Shown: positions 34,789 through 44,859, counted from the stretch's first letter. The stretch is 51,853 bases of DNA from a bacterium HR08 (GCA_002898775.1 BEHK01000001.1:1-51853), one strand, 5' to 3'. Numbers and translations: made by a program. Notes: generated by a model not told the origin, from the sequence alone.

Positions 34789-37290
34789 GTGGGGCTTCGG
34801 TCTTTGCTTCGGCGTGGGGCGCATGCTGGGGCAATGGTTTTGCTTCTTGTCTTCTTGGTGTTCGCCCGGGCTCTGGGTGGGCAAACGGGCGGCATCCGGG
34901 GCGTGGTCGTCAGCCTCGGGCCGGATGGTCAGCCGTTGTATCTAGCTGGGGCCAAGGTGACCGTCCGACTCGAGTCGCCTGGCGGCTGGTCGCTGGCGAC
35001 CTTTTCCAATGATCAAGGCGAGTTCTCATTCATTGATCTCAAGGAGGGCACCTACACAGTCACGGCAGAGCTGAGCGGGTTCAAACCAGTTACGCAATCG
35101 GTGAGTCTAAAAGCCGGTGCGGTGGCTGAAATCCGAATTGAGTTGGAGCTGGCGCCCGTCACCGGCGAAGTGACGGTGACACCGGAACCGGAGGGGATTG
35201 ACCGCACGGAGTCATCGCCGACCGGCGCAGTGAAAGAACGAACACTGCAAGACGCCCCGCTGGTGAACGAACGGTTTCAGGATGCGCTGCCGCTGCTTCC
35301 GGGCGTCGTGCGCGGCCCCGATGGGCTCATCAACATCAAAGGCGCGCGCACCAGCCAGAGCGGTTATCTGGTCAACAGCGCCAATGTCACCGATCCGGTG
35401 ACCGGTCAGTTCGCCATCAATCTCCCCATTGACGCGATTCAGGATGTGCAAGTGCTGTCCAGCCCCTACGCGGCGGAATACGGGCGTTTCACGGGCGCCG
35501 TGACCACCATCGCCACGCGCCCGAGCGGCGATCGGTGGGCGTTTAAGATTCAAAACATTCTGCCGCGTGCGCGTCGTCGGAGTGGAAAGACGGTCGGGAT
35601 TGAAGCCGCAACACCGCGCCTGTTTTTAGGTGGGCCGCTCATCAAAAACCGGCTGACTCTGGCACAGAGCTTCGAGTATCGCTTTGTCCGAACCAAAGTC
35701 GAGAGCCTCCCTCCCTTGCAGAACGACACCGTCCTGGAGAGCTTCGATTCCTTCAGCCACTTTAATCTCCAACTCACGCCGAACCACAACCTGACGGTGA
35801 CCTTCTCGGTCTATCCGCAGAAGAATCAGTTCGTGAATCTGAATACGTTCAACCCCGAGCCCGTCACGCCGAATTTCAAGCAGCGCGGGTTCAACCTGGC
35901 CTTTCTCGAACGAGCGGTTTTCTCCAATGGCTCGCTCTTGGAGTCCATGTTCAGCGTCAAGCAATACGATGCCGATGTCTTCCCCAACATCGAAGAGCCG
36001 ATGACGCTCTTCCCGGAACGGAACTTTGGCGGCTTTTTCAACCGGCAGGATCGCGACAGCTTTCGCTATCAATGGTTCGAGCTTTATCACTTCCCGGTGA
36101 AAGAGTGGCACGGACAACATAATGTCAAGATCGGTGTGGACATCGGCTACAGCACGTACACGGGCAGGATTGCGAGTAACACCGTGCGTGTGCTCAGGGA
36201 AGATCGGACGCTCGCCGAGCAGATTGATTTCGTCGGCCAGACGCACATCGAGCGAAACAATGCTGAGTATAGCGCCTTCATTCAAGACAAATGGCTGGTG
36301 ACGCCGAAGCTCACGTTCGATGTGGGTTTGCGCTATGAGCGCGACGGCGTGGCCGAAGACAACAACCTGGCGCCGCGCGTGGGCTTCGTCTTCGTGCCCT
36401 GGCGGGCAGGCCATACGGCCATTCGCGGGGGATTTGGTGTCTTCTTCGATAAGATTCCGCTCAATGTCGCCACCTTCGATCAACTGCAAAACCGCGTGGT
36501 GACCCGATTCGCTCGTGACGGCGTGACCGTTGTGGACAGCCCGCGATTTTTCCTTAACCTCGTGGATCGAGCCGAGATCAAAAACCCGTACAGCTTGGCT
36601 TGGAGCCTGGAAGTGGATCGGGAGGTGACACGAAAGCTGCTCTTCCGCTTTGGCTATCAGCAACGGGAAGGAAGGCGCGAACATCTGGTCGAGCCGCTGG
36701 CTGGCCCTGGCTCTTCGGGGACATTGCTGCTTTTGAGCGGCGGGCGGTCGCGCTATCGCGAGTTTCAATTCACCGCGCGCTACAAGCTCGGCGAGCGAAG
36801 CGACCTGTTCGCCTCGTATGTTCGCTCGCGAGCGACGGGCGATCTGAACACGTTCGATCTTCACTTCGGCAACTTCCCGGCCCCGATCATTCGGCCCAAC
36901 CAGCGGTCGCGCCTGCCCTTCGATGCGCCGAACCGCTTCCTGTTCTGGGGCGATATCGGGTTGCCGGCGGACATCACCGCGTCGCCGGTGCTCGAGGTGA
37001 GAAACGGTTTTCCCTTCTCCATTGTGGATGAGGAGTTGAACTTCATCGGGCGGCGGAATCGCGCCGGGCGGTTTCCGACATTCGCCTCGCTCGATCTGCA
37101 AGTGACCAAAGGGTTGAAGATTCCCTTCAGGGGCAAGAAATACACGTTTCGGGCCGGGCTCAAGGTGTTCAACATCCTCAATCGCTTCAACCCGCGAGAT
37201 GTCCAGAACAACATCGGGAGCCCGAACTTTGGCGGCTTCTTCAACGGCGTCAGCCGCACGTTTCGCGGCAAGTTCGTCTTTGAATTTTGA
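34789..37290 (+). CDS. Carboxypeptidase-regulatory-domain TonB-dependent-receptor-like outer-membrane protein
   Basis: It contains GIRGVVVS...GAKVTV...TFSNDQGEFSFIDLKEGTYTVTAELSGFKP, then a plug-like region and a barrel ending in FRGKFVFEF. The start is uncertain (GTG 34789 or ATG 34834). Confidence 0.8.
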   Translation: MGLRSLLRRGAHAGAMVLLLVFLVFARALGGQTGGIRGVVVSLGPDGQPLYLAGAKVTVRLESPGGWSLATFSNDQGEFSFIDLKEGTYTVTAELSGFKPVTQSVSLKAGAVAEIRIELELAPVTGEVTVTPEPEGIDRTESSPTGAVKERTLQDAPLVNERFQDALPLLPGVVRGPDGLINIKGARTSQSGYLVNSANVTDPVTGQFAINLPIDAIQDVQVLSSPYAAEYGRFTGAVTTIATRPSGDRWAFKIQNILPRARRRSGKTVGIEAATPRLFLGGPLIKNRLTLAQSFEYRFVRTKVESLPPLQNDTVLESFDSFSHFNLQLTPNHNLTVTFSVYPQKNQFVNLNTFNPEPVTPNFKQRGFNLAFLERAVFSNGSLLESMFSVKQYDADVFPNIEEPMTLFPERNFGGFFNRQDRDSFRYQWFELYHFPVKEWHGQHNVKIGVDIGYSTYTGRIASNTVRVLREDRTLAEQIDFVGQTHIERNNAEYSAFIQDKWLVTPKLTFDVGLRYERDGVAEDNNLAPRVGFVFVPWRAGHTAIRGGFGVFFDKIPLNVATFDQLQNRVVTRFARDGVTVVDSPRFFLNLVDRAEIKNPYSLAWSLEVDREVTRKLLFRFGYQQREGRREHLVEPLAGPGSSGTLLLLSGGRSRYREFQFTARYKLGERSDLFASYVRSRATGDLNTFDLHFGNFPAPIIRPNQRSRLPFDAPNRFLFWGDIGLPADITASPVLEVRNGFPFSIVDEELNFIGRRNRAGRFPTFASLDLQVTKGLKIPFRGKKYTFRAGLKVFNILNRFNPRDVQNNIGSPNFGGFFNGVSRTFRGKFVFEF

Positions 37291-37318
37291 GCGGACAAAA
37301 CGGATGAGGAAGGTATAG

Positions 37319-38107
37319 GTGGAACGAAGGCAGAGGAGAATCATTCCATATCACGTGGGTCGCGCGCAACGGTTTTTTATCGGGTTGTCAGTGGTGATTC
37401 TGGGGCTTATGCTCCCCTCCCGGGCGGCACAATTCGGACAAGATATTATCCCGGGGGGATTGGCCTCACATCTGCATCCCCCCTTGGATGGGCTCACGGG
37501 GGACATCGTTTTTTCCCGACTGTTGGAGCGCAATCGCCAGAGGGAGTCTCGCCTGAAGGAGTATACAGTTGTGCGGACGTATCAGGTCAGGAAGGAGAAC
37601 GGCAAAGTTCGTGCCGAGGCGCAAGTGGTGATGCGCTATCGAGCGCCCGACGTGAAGGAATACACCATTGTCTCTGAACGGGGCTCGGGGTTCGTTCGCC
37701 GTCGCATCTTCGAACGATTGCTCGAGAGCGAAGTGGAGACAGCTGCCGGGCGGAATCACCACGATAGTTCGATCACTCTAGCCAACTACGATTTCGAGTT
37801 GCTGGGGGAGGAGGACGTGGAGGGGTATCATTGCTATGTCGTTCGGGCCCTTCCCAAGCGCCGAGATAAATATCTGTTCGAGGGAAAAGTCTGGATCCAC
37901 GCTCGTGATTTCGCCATTGTCAAGATCGAGGGACGACCGGCGAAGAACCCCTCGTTCTGGATCAAGCGGGTCGAATTCGTGCGCCGGTACCAGAAGATCG
38001 GGGAGTTCTGGCTGCCCCTCAAAGACGAATCGGTCACGCAGGTGCGGATCGTGGGGACAAACATCTTGAGCATTGACTACGCTCACTATGAGGTGGTTCA
38101 AAAGTGA
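37319..38107 (+). CDS. Outer-membrane lipoprotein-sorting (LolA-like) family protein
   Basis: It contains YHCYVVRALPKRRDKYLFEGKVWIHARDFAIVKIEG and FWLPLKDES. It lies immediately downstream of the receptor gene. Confidence 0.65.
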   Translation: MERRQRRIIPYHVGRAQRFFIGLSVVILGLMLPSRAAQFGQDIIPGGLASHLHPPLDGLTGDIVFSRLLERNRQRESRLKEYTVVRTYQVRKENGKVRAEAQVVMRYRAPDVKEYTIVSERGSGFVRRRIFERLLESEVETAAGRNHHDSSITLANYDFELLGEEDVEGYHCYVVRALPKRRDKYLFEGKVWIHARDFAIVKIEGRPAKNPSFWIKRVEFVRRYQKIGEFWLPLKDESVTQVRIVGTNILSIDYAHYEVVQK

Positions 38108-38269
38108 TCGAGCGACAGTGCCAGCATTTTCCGGTTTCGCTGCCAGGGGTACGACCGGCACTTCGATGAGAAGCGACTGTTCCCGGTTCTCGCAGCCTCC
38201 GACCGAGCGGAATGGGCTGCTGCCCTCTTTCTTCGGGTGCACTTGTTCTGTCAGATGCGTCGGGGGGAC

Positions 38270-38440
38270 GGATGGCGCTCCTGGTCGAACTCTCTGTGCC
38301 AGAGCTGCCTGAAGGGTCGGTGACGGTCGTGACGACGCATCTGGAAAGTCGAGCCCGGCCGCGCGTTCGTCACGAGCAGATGCGAGAATTATTCGAGCTG
38401 ATTGGTGGGATGGCTCACTCGCTCATCTTGGCCAATTTTA
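38270..38440 (+). pseudogene. Endonuclease/exonuclease/phosphatase-family fragment
   Basis: It reads VTVVTTHLESRARPRVRHEQMRELFELIGG...LILANFNT. Neither an N-terminus nor a C-terminus is present. Confidence 0.4.
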
Positions 38441-38456
38441 ACACCTCACATGCGCA

Positions 38457-38699
38457 TTGCGCAGGAGGGAGATCTTCGGCCCCGTGCTTGCGGTCATCCG
38501 CGTCGAGGACTTCGATGGAGCCATCCAGCACATCAACTCGCCGACGACCGGTGGCGAAGCCCACGCACCTTTTGGCGGCATCAAATCGAGCGGGATCGGA
38601 CCGCGCGAGCAAGGTTCCACGCAGCTTGAGTTTTACACCGAACCGAAGGCCGTGTATGTGAATTATACAGGCCACGCCCGTCAGACGGCGATTTACTAG
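38457..38699 (+). pseudogene. Aldehyde dehydrogenase C-terminal fragment with an internal deletion
   Basis: It contains EIFGPVLAVIRVEDFDGAIQHIN and APFGGIKSSGIGPREQG...EFYTEPKAVYV. About 40 aa that normally lie between these segments are missing. Confidence 0.6.
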
Positions 38700-38747
38700 G
38701 CGTCCTGCGGCTCTCCGTTGCGCTTTCGCTCGAGAGCGGTCTGATCC

Positions 38748-38945
38748 TCAAGGGGCCTTATGCGAATCCTCTTGCGAAGTGAGAAGCTGTTCGGCATCGA
38801 ACCGATGGCCACAACGTTGACACTGAGCTGTTGGGAGACACTGCTCGTGTGTGGGTTCGCATCGAAGCCTGAGATCGAACTGCGTCGCCCCGCACAACGG
38901 ACATGTGATGTGAGCGAGCCGGCGTTCTATTTCTTCGAGTGTCAT
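38748..38945 (-). CDS. Small zinc-ribbon protein (CxxC...CxxC), hypothetical
   Basis: The product is MTLEEIERRLAHITCPLCG...CQRCGHRF. A GAGGAG SD lies 8 nt upstream of ATG 38945. Confidence 0.45.
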   Translation of the reverse strand: MTLEEIERRLAHITCPLCGATQFDLRLRCEPTHEQCLPTAQCQRCGHRFDAEQLLTSQEDSHKAP

Positions 38946-40031
38946 GAGGCTTTCTCCTCGGTGAGGTCTGGCCACAGACTCTTTGTTTCGACTCCTCGGA
39001 AAAGGGCCACAGATTTCACAGATTCGTACCGATTGTTCTGTCTGTGAGAATCGGTTTCTTCTGTGGCCGGCTTTCCATCATTTCGGGGAGTCGCCACAGG
39101 GGCGACATGAACAACTCCTCCGGGTCCTCTGCTCTCATGGCCGCACGCCTTCGCCCCCGCTTTGGAACCGAGTCCCTTCCACTTCAGATGGCGAGAGAGT
39201 CGGCAAGGAATCGCCGGTGAGGAACATCACCAGTTCGCCAGAGAGCGGGCCGAAAAGCGAAAGAACACTATGTGACAGCCCCGCCGCTCCCGCTCCATCT
39301 TCCGCGTTGGGGGTGGTTGCCGGAAGCCAACTCTCGGGTGCCCCTGAGCGGAGCGTGGATCGAAGTCGCGGCGGAGCTCGGTGCCGGTGCGCCCTTACCG
39401 CGTCAGAGAAGATGAGGAGAGCGCGACGGCACGGAGGTCGTTGGCCGATCGCCTGTGCCATGATCCTCTTCTGCTTTGATCCGGCAGGCGACTTGCACAG
39501 GGTCGTTTCTCCTTTGGTCCACGGGCCGTGCGAGCATACGTACGCCTCATCGAGCCTGACGGGGCAGGGCATGGGCGTCCAGAGGGCCACTCGCCAAGAC
39601 GCGCGGAGTTGGTGGGAGGTCCGAACGCGACCGTCCTGCGCGATTGGTTCGCCGGCGATCTCACTCCGCCGCCTCCGAAGGCGAAGCCCGCGCGCCTTCC
39701 AGCCCTGCCAGGCATATCGTGAATCCTTGATTCCCATCGCCGGAGATTCTCCTTCAGGAGGGAGGGAAGCTCTATGAAACATTTCACAATGGCGCATCTC
39801 CGCCCTATGGGTGCTTTGTCCTTCCCAGCGACCGATGGCGACGATCATCCAAAGCTCGTCACGAGTCGCCCCGAAGGATCGAACTTGAGCACCGCGGGCA
39901 GATCGGAACCGGCTGACCTGACTTCACCACGATCTATGCAGTGGATACATCATGCTTCCCGGATGGAACACGCGCAGAGTTTTTGTGCAGAAATGTCTTT
40001 TGCCGTGCGATTTTTGGGGGGTACCAACCGT

Positions 40032-40310
40032 TCACGTATCGGGCCGATGGTCGAGTTCGGCGAAATATCGGCGGCGAAACTCTGGCCATTTCGCCGGATC
40101 ATGGGCGAACCAGCGGCGCAGGGCATCGCTCGGGCACCCCATGCGATCTATAGATCGCATGGGGACCCCGGTGGGCGCGACCTCCTTCAGCCATCCTTCG
40201 AGATGGAGAGCCTCTTTCCGAATGCCCCGGGGCCAGAGCCGTTCGACCAGGAACCGACGCCCATCGCTGGGCTCCACCGGATCATAGACGCGCTTGAGGC
40301 GAATCATCAT
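40032..40310 (-). pseudogene. DUF488-family gene carrying an in-frame palindromic-repeat insertion and a frameshifted C-terminus
   Basis: It reads [10 protein letters not shown]...[15 protein letters not shown]...WLKEVAPTG[[13 protein letters not shown]][21 protein letters not shown]. The bracketed 13 aa are encoded by repeat copy e. The family tail (TAKD...) is found in another frame. Confidence 0.6.
40131..40170. repeat. Palindromic repeat family, copy e (opposite orientation), inside the DUF488 reading frame
   Basis: The sequence is cgggcaCCCCATGCGATCTATAGATCGCATGGGGaccccg, with a 28-bp perfect palindrome. Confidence 0.85.
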
Positions 40311-41038
40311 TCTGCTCCCTCGTGCTGTCGCGTGGGGTGAACTCTGGAGAGGGTCTCAAGGGTTCGGATCCGCTCAAAGACCCGTGAGACCACACGGTCA
40401 CAGCGTGCCCCACCAAAAGGAAACGTCCGAGTCGCTTGTGCTCTCAATCGGTTGGAGAGATATTTGCGCAGCCGTGCCCGCGCTCGGTGCAATCGAACTT
40501 TCACAGCGTCTTCGCTGAGGCCCAAACAGGCCGCCGTCTCAGTCGTACTCATCCCTTCCACCTCTCGCAGCACGAATACCGAGCGGTACACCGGGGGCAA
40601 GGCCTCGATAGCCGCTTCGAGAAGAACCTGCATCTCGCGCTCCAAAACTTGTTGCTCGGGATCACGTCCGGCCATTGTCGTCGCGCTGCCAGTGAAATTC
40701 TGGTGATCGGTCACGTCCTCGATTTCGACAAAGCGGCGCCGTTGGCGGACGCGCGCCAGGGCTTCGTAGACGGCGATCTTGGTCAACCAGGTGGAAAACC
40801 GAGCGGCGCCGGTGAACTGATCCAGATGGAGATAGGCGCGCACATACGCCTCCTGCATAACGTCTTCGGCCTCGCTATCATCGCCCAGAATGGCCCGCGC
40901 CACCCGATAGAGCCGTTGATTGTACCGACGCATGAGAACTTCAAAGAGCGCCGCCTCGCCCGCCCGCACGCGCTCGACGACTTCTTCGTCGGTGAGCGAC
41001 GCCGCTGTCGAGGACACGGTCATCTCGTCGGTAGCCAT
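40307..41038 (-). CDS. ECF (sigma-70 family) RNA polymerase sigma factor with a C-terminal extension
   Basis: Region 2 reads [17 protein letters not shown]...[12 protein letters not shown] and region 4 reads [25 protein letters not shown]. The tail adds about 50 aa ([19 protein letters not shown]). Confidence 0.85.
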   Translation of the reverse strand: MATDEMTVSSTAASLTDEEVVERVRAGEAALFEVLMRRYNQRLYRVARAILGDDSEAEDVMQEAYVRAYLHLDQFTGAARFSTWLTKIAVYEALARVRQRRRFVEIEDVTDHQNFTGSATTMAGRDPEQQVLEREMQVLLEAAIEALPPVYRSVFVLREVEGMSTTETAACLGLSEDAVKVRLHRARARLRKYLSNRLRAQATRTFPFGGARCDRVVSRVFERIRTLETLSRVHPTRQHEGAE

Positions 41039-41073
41039 TACCGCTCCTTTTACTGAGTCATCGGGCTCAAAAA

Positions 41074-41108
41074 GGTTACAGGATTTTTTCGTTCCTCCTT
41101 CTGTAACC
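41074..41108. promoter_or_regulatory. Inverted pair of CTGTAACC elements in the divergent sigma/DoxX intergenic region (possible divergent ECF-type -35 boxes)
   Basis: ggttacag (41074-41081) and ctgtaacc (41101-41108) form the pair. In its own transcription direction each element is followed after 15-16 nt by ACTC. Confidence 0.35.
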
Positions 41109-41153
41109 AGAAGGGCACCCTCTCACTCTATATGTCGTTCACAAGATACGAGT

Positions 41154-41579
41154 ATGACCGTACCGAACGAGAAACTCAACTCGGCCTGGTGGGGACTGAA
41201 AATCGGTCTGGGCGCGGCGGCCTTGCTCGCCGGCTTGGATAAGTTCTTCAACCTTCTCACCCGGTGGGAGATGTACCTGAGCCCCTGGGTCGAACGGCTG
41301 CTGCCTGTTCCGCCAGGCGTGTTCATGTCCTTTATCGGCGTGGTGGAGATGATCGTCGGTTTGGCCATCCTCACGCGCTGGACGCGCCTGGGCAGTTACG
41401 CCGCCATGGGGTGGCTCGCGGTCATCGCCGTGAACCTTGTGTCCACGGGAATGTTCTTCGACTTGGCCGTGCGCGATCTGGTCATGGCGGTGGCCGCTTA
41501 CGCTCTCGCCCGTTTGACCGAGGTCCGACAGGCTGCCGCACCCACAGAAGCTGCCGGATCTACATCGGCGCGAACGTGA
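41154..41579 (+). CDS. DoxX-like membrane protein
   Basis: It has four hydrophobic helices and contains LKIGLGAAALLAGLDKF and FIGVVEMIVGLAILT. Confidence 0.6.
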   Translation: MTVPNEKLNSAWWGLKIGLGAAALLAGLDKFFNLLTRWEMYLSPWVERLLPVPPGVFMSFIGVVEMIVGLAILTRWTRLGSYAAMGWLAVIAVNLVSTGMFFDLAVRDLVMAVAAYALARLTEVRQAAAPTEAAGSTSART

Positions 41580-41697
41580 GAAACATCTCGGTCACGGAAG
41601 GAATCGTTCATGGGCAGCGGCACGTCACGGACCATGAACACGAGCGCACGCCGAGAACGTGCGCCACGTCAAAACTGTTTTCACAGGAGGAACGAGT

Positions 41698-42042
41698 ATG
41701 AAAAAGCTGGTCAGAACGCTGCTGCTGATCTTGTTGGGGTTTTCGGTTCCGGCCCTCGTCCGGGCCGAGACCTGGAAGAATGTTCCGCTCATTGACACCA
41801 TGTGCCTGAACAAGGTCAAGGCGAATCCCGACAAGCATCCCACCGAGTGCCTCATCCAGTGCTCCAAGAGCGGCTATGGCATTCTCACGTCCGACGGCAC
41901 CTACTTGAAGTTCGACGAGGCCGGGAATAAACAGGCACTCGATGCCCTCAAGAAGACAAAGAAGAAAGACTCCATTCGCGTGACGGTGACCGGAGACCGT
42001 CAGGGCGATACGATCAAGGTCACATCGGTCGCCATCGAGTGA
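41698..42042 (+). CDS. Small secreted protein, hypothetical
   Basis: The signal peptide is MKKLVRTLLLILLGFSVPALVRA. An AGGAGG SD lies upstream. It has three Cys residues. Confidence 0.5.
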   Translation: MKKLVRTLLLILLGFSVPALVRAETWKNVPLIDTMCLNKVKANPDKHPTECLIQCSKSGYGILTSDGTYLKFDEAGNKQALDALKKTKKKDSIRVTVTGDRQGDTIKVTSVAIE

Positions 42043-42449
42043 TCTCCGGCGGGGAAAGGGCCGCTCGCCGGGCGGACTCGCGTTGGGCGGCGGCCCGTTT
42101 TTCAAGATCGAAACGTTGGGCCGGAAATTTTTCGGAACCGAAGGTAAAACGGTGACGTTTCCTGGGGTGGCTTGACGGCGTGAGCGGCAGCTACAATGCC
42201 GCATTGATTTGTAGGTACGGCTGAAGATGAGCGATAAGATCGTGCGGGTTCGATACACAGGGGAATGGTGGGATCTTCGCCTCGCCGTGCGCGCCGGCGG
42301 TCTATGACTTTCGGCTGGCCGGGCGACAGGAAAGAGAACCTATCGCGAACGTCCCTGCCGTCGGCCTATGAGTCCGATCCTGCCAGGACACCGCTTCTGC
42401 CGTACAGCCTGCTATCGGAATCACCATAGAAGTTGCCCGAGGAGATCTT

Positions 42450-42872
42450 ATGCCAAACTATGACTTGGGGTTCACTACGCTGGAAAGAGAGGTCGAAATT
42501 GATCGCCTGCCCGTCAGCGGCCGGCTACCGGCTTGGCTCTCCGGCACGCTCGTGCGCAACGGCCCAGCCAAGTTCGAAGTCGGCCAACAGACCTTCCGCA
42601 GACTACCGCTACGCGTATGGTATCAGCAGTCGTCAGGATCGCCCAACCGACTTCCCCAATCAGCTCGTGAAAGTAGATGTGCGGGAACGTAGCTCGAAAG
42701 TGTGGTGGCAGGAAAACTGCTACCCGGGGGAACCGGTCTTCGTCCCTGCTCCCCATTCCGCCGCCGAGGATGAGGGCGTCGTGCTCTCCATTGTGCTCAA
42801 CGCCGCCGAGGGCAACTCCTTTTTACTCGTGCTCGATAAGGCGAGCTGGTTTGGGAAGCGCCTTTTCGCGAG
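42450..42872 (+). pseudogene. Carotenoid cleavage oxygenase gene with a large internal deletion
   Basis: The N-terminal 50 aa (LPAWLSGTLVRNGPAKFE) are joined out of frame near 42600 to the C-terminal roughly 90 aa (YRYAYG...NQLVKVDV...CYPGEPVFVPAP...EDEGVVLS...SFLLVLD). Confidence 0.7.
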
Positions 42873-42995
42873 ATGGCCTGGGGGTATCTGTTCGACCTGA
42901 TTCACCATCGCGGTCAACTGAGCGTCTACATTCGCCCGATGGGCGGGCGCGTGCCGGCGATCTACGGTCCGTCGGGCGATTTTCCCACCCCATGA
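42873..42995 (+). pseudogene. DinB-family C-terminal fragment
   Basis: It reads YLFDLIHHRGQLSVYIRPMGGRVPAIYGPSGD. It directly abuts the previous fragment. Confidence 0.6.
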
Positions 42996-43453
42996 AGACG
43001 TCTCGCCTGGAGCGGCGCGAGCGTCCGGGTCACACGCTGCAAACGACGGCGCTGGTGAACGAAGTCTATCTGCGGCTCATTGATCAGACGAAAGTGAGCG
43101 GGCAGAATCGCGCCCACTTCTTCGGCGTCGCCGCCCATCTGATGCGTCAGATCCTCGTCCAACACGCCCGGCGTCGCCAGGCGGCCAAGCGAGGCGGCGC
43201 TCGCCCTTCGGTGTCCCTTGAGGACGCGGTGGGGTTGTCCCAGGAGCCCGCGGTGGATCTCGTCGCGCTCGACCAGGCGCTCACCAGCCTAGACGCGCTC
43301 GACCCGCAGAAAAGCCGAATCGTTGAACTGCGCTTCTTTAGGCTTCTTCGGTTCGGGCAGCCCGCGAGCGTTCCAGTTCGCCGCCCGATTCAGTTTCTAA
43401 AAAGTGAAACACGAGCCCCTGGCCTTTATGAAAGCGAAGAGCAAAGAGCGTAG
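42992..43453 (+). pseudogene. ECF sigma factor (ECF-type sigma-70 family) internal fragment
   Basis: It reads RERPGHTLQTTALVNEVYLRLID...NRAHFFGVAAHLMRQILVQHARRRQAAKRGG...IVELRFF. The N-terminus and the region-4 HTH are missing. Confidence 0.65.
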
Positions 43454-43642
43454 ACGAAGCTTTGACTCGCGGATCGAGTGACATCACTGCGATCCTCTAT
43501 CCTCCACCCTCGATCCTCAGTCTTGCGCTCTTCGCTCTAAGCCCATTCAGGCTGGGGGCTCTGAATCACAAATCTAAGGAAGCACAACCAGCATCGCTCG
43601 CTAGCGGGCAAACCGCAGCTCGTTCACACTGGTTCAATGAAT

Positions 43643-43658
43643 TTGCGTCCGATAAAAA
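43643..43658. repeat. Left copy of a 16-bp inverted repeat (TTGCGTCCGATAAAAA)
   Basis: Its exact reverse complement occurs at 45425-45440. The pair brackets the lower-GC mosaic. Confidence 0.5.
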
Positions 43659-43678
43659 TATCCCCTAAAAATATCCCC
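43653..43678. repeat. Tandem 13-bp direct repeat (TAAAAATATCCCC x2)
   Basis: The units are 43653-43665 and 43666-43678 and are identical. They are AT-rich in a GC-rich context. Confidence 0.7.
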
Positions 43679-43712
43679 ACTGAACTGTGATCGAGCGGCC
43701 CAAGCGCTCGGT

Positions 43713-44229
43713 GTGCCCGACGCTGTCCAAAACGCTCTGCAGATCATCAGCGATGCCGTAAAGCAGGGGCATCAGGTTGATGAGATCGTCCGACAAACAG
43801 CTCAGCAGATCGTTGACGATCTCAACATGAACAACGGGAAGAATGTCGCTTCTCTGCTTGAGGATATGCATCGCCGCGTCGCGGCCGCTTGGGGGGGGCG
43901 AGGTGGACGAAAACGTTCTCACGGTGAGGATATCGCAGTGGGTCGAGCAACTGGGATCGCTCCAGGGGCGGCCGGTGGAGGAGATCGAGTCTGATCTGCG
44001 ACGGCTTGAACGTCCGACATTTCTTCCTCCTCGGCTCAAGTGGGGCGTTCATGATGCGCTCACGGCGCTGGCCGTGCTGGCCGAGCCGAAGGTCTTAGAG
44101 GGCGATAGGGTGTACGCCCGTCGGCTCCTTTCAACAGCCGGGCGTCGGCCCGGCGCGGCTGGGGGGAACTCATCATCGTGGGAATGCCTCACGCGCAGGG
44201 TCGCCGGACAGACTGTTTTGTTCACATAG
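43713..44229 (+). pseudogene. Hypothetical gene split by a frameshift in a G8 tract (43891-43898)
   Basis: ORFs 43713-43994 and 43843-44229 overlap across the G8 run. A G7 run would fuse them into one roughly 171-aa product. Confidence 0.3.
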
Positions 44230-44232
44230 CGC

Positions 44233-44259
44233 TTGACGATGACACGGAGGTGTTATAAT
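44233..44259 (+). promoter_or_regulatory. Sigma-70-like promoter with an extended -10
   Basis: TTGACG is followed by a 15-nt spacer that ends in the TGT of an extended -10, then TATAAT. It lies about 30 nt upstream of the AAGGAGG-ATG of the 84-aa ORF. Confidence 0.45.
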
Positions 44260-44288
44260 AAGGAGATAAGGGAAAGGAGGAATCCACG

Positions 44289-44543
44289 ATGGAATTTGTG
44301 GTGGCAAAGCGGCGGTTCGACTTGGATCCCCGTGATATCCCTCGAAGGCTGGAGGGAGTTGAGCCTGAACTGATCCGGACCTACGCCGTGCGGATCAAAG
44401 GGAAGCTGTACCCCTGCAAGCAGGTTCTCTCGGTCCTGACCGGCCTCCCGAAGGCCAGTTTTGATGCGCATCAGGCCTACCGGATCTTGGAGCGGATGGG
44501 GTTGGAGGTCGTGGTAGTGAAGGGGCGCACCCGTCAACGTTAA
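44289..44543 (+). CDS. 84-aa hypothetical protein
   Basis: It has a strong SD and promoter. The product is MEFVVAKRRFDLDPRDIPRRLEG...YPCKQVLSVLTGLPKASFDAHQAYRILERMGLEVV. I cannot assign a domain confidently. Confidence 0.5.
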   Translation: MEFVVAKRRFDLDPRDIPRRLEGVEPELIRTYAVRIKGKLYPCKQVLSVLTGLPKASFDAHQAYRILERMGLEVVVVKGRTRQR

Positions 44544-44859
44544 CAGAGACGCGTCGCCCTGGAGCGTCGCATGGCCGAAAAGCGTCGAGTGCCAGTGCCC
44601 CGCGGCTTGGACTTTTACATCCGCTGGGCGCAAGGAGCCTGGGCGGAGCGGAAGGTCACAGAGGCGATCAACGCTTCCGAAGCGCGGTAGGCCGCATGGG
44701 ATTTCGAGATTCGAGAGGCGATCCTGGAGAGTTATGGAGAATGAGTTTGCTGAATTTTTCTTATCGGACATAACGGATCCGTGAGAGCGCCTCATAGTGC
44801 CCCCTCCCTCGCCGTCATCCCACCCATAATACGCACACTACTGGAGCGTGAGGCGGGCT

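Noticed and set aside
35626-37344. A 572-aa minus-strand ORF. Similar long antisense ORFs lie at 45407-47266 (+), 25694-27166 (-), 23509-24309 (-) and 30566-31144 (-).
   Set aside because: Each is the mirror frame of a strongly supported gene (TonB-dependent-like receptors, radical SAM, merA, zwf). None has recognisable motifs.
38983-39850. Overlapping ORFs of 237-264 aa on both strands.
   Set aside because: They are R/S/P-rich, have no motifs and lack a convincing SD. The region sits among gene fragments and is probably decayed or non-coding.
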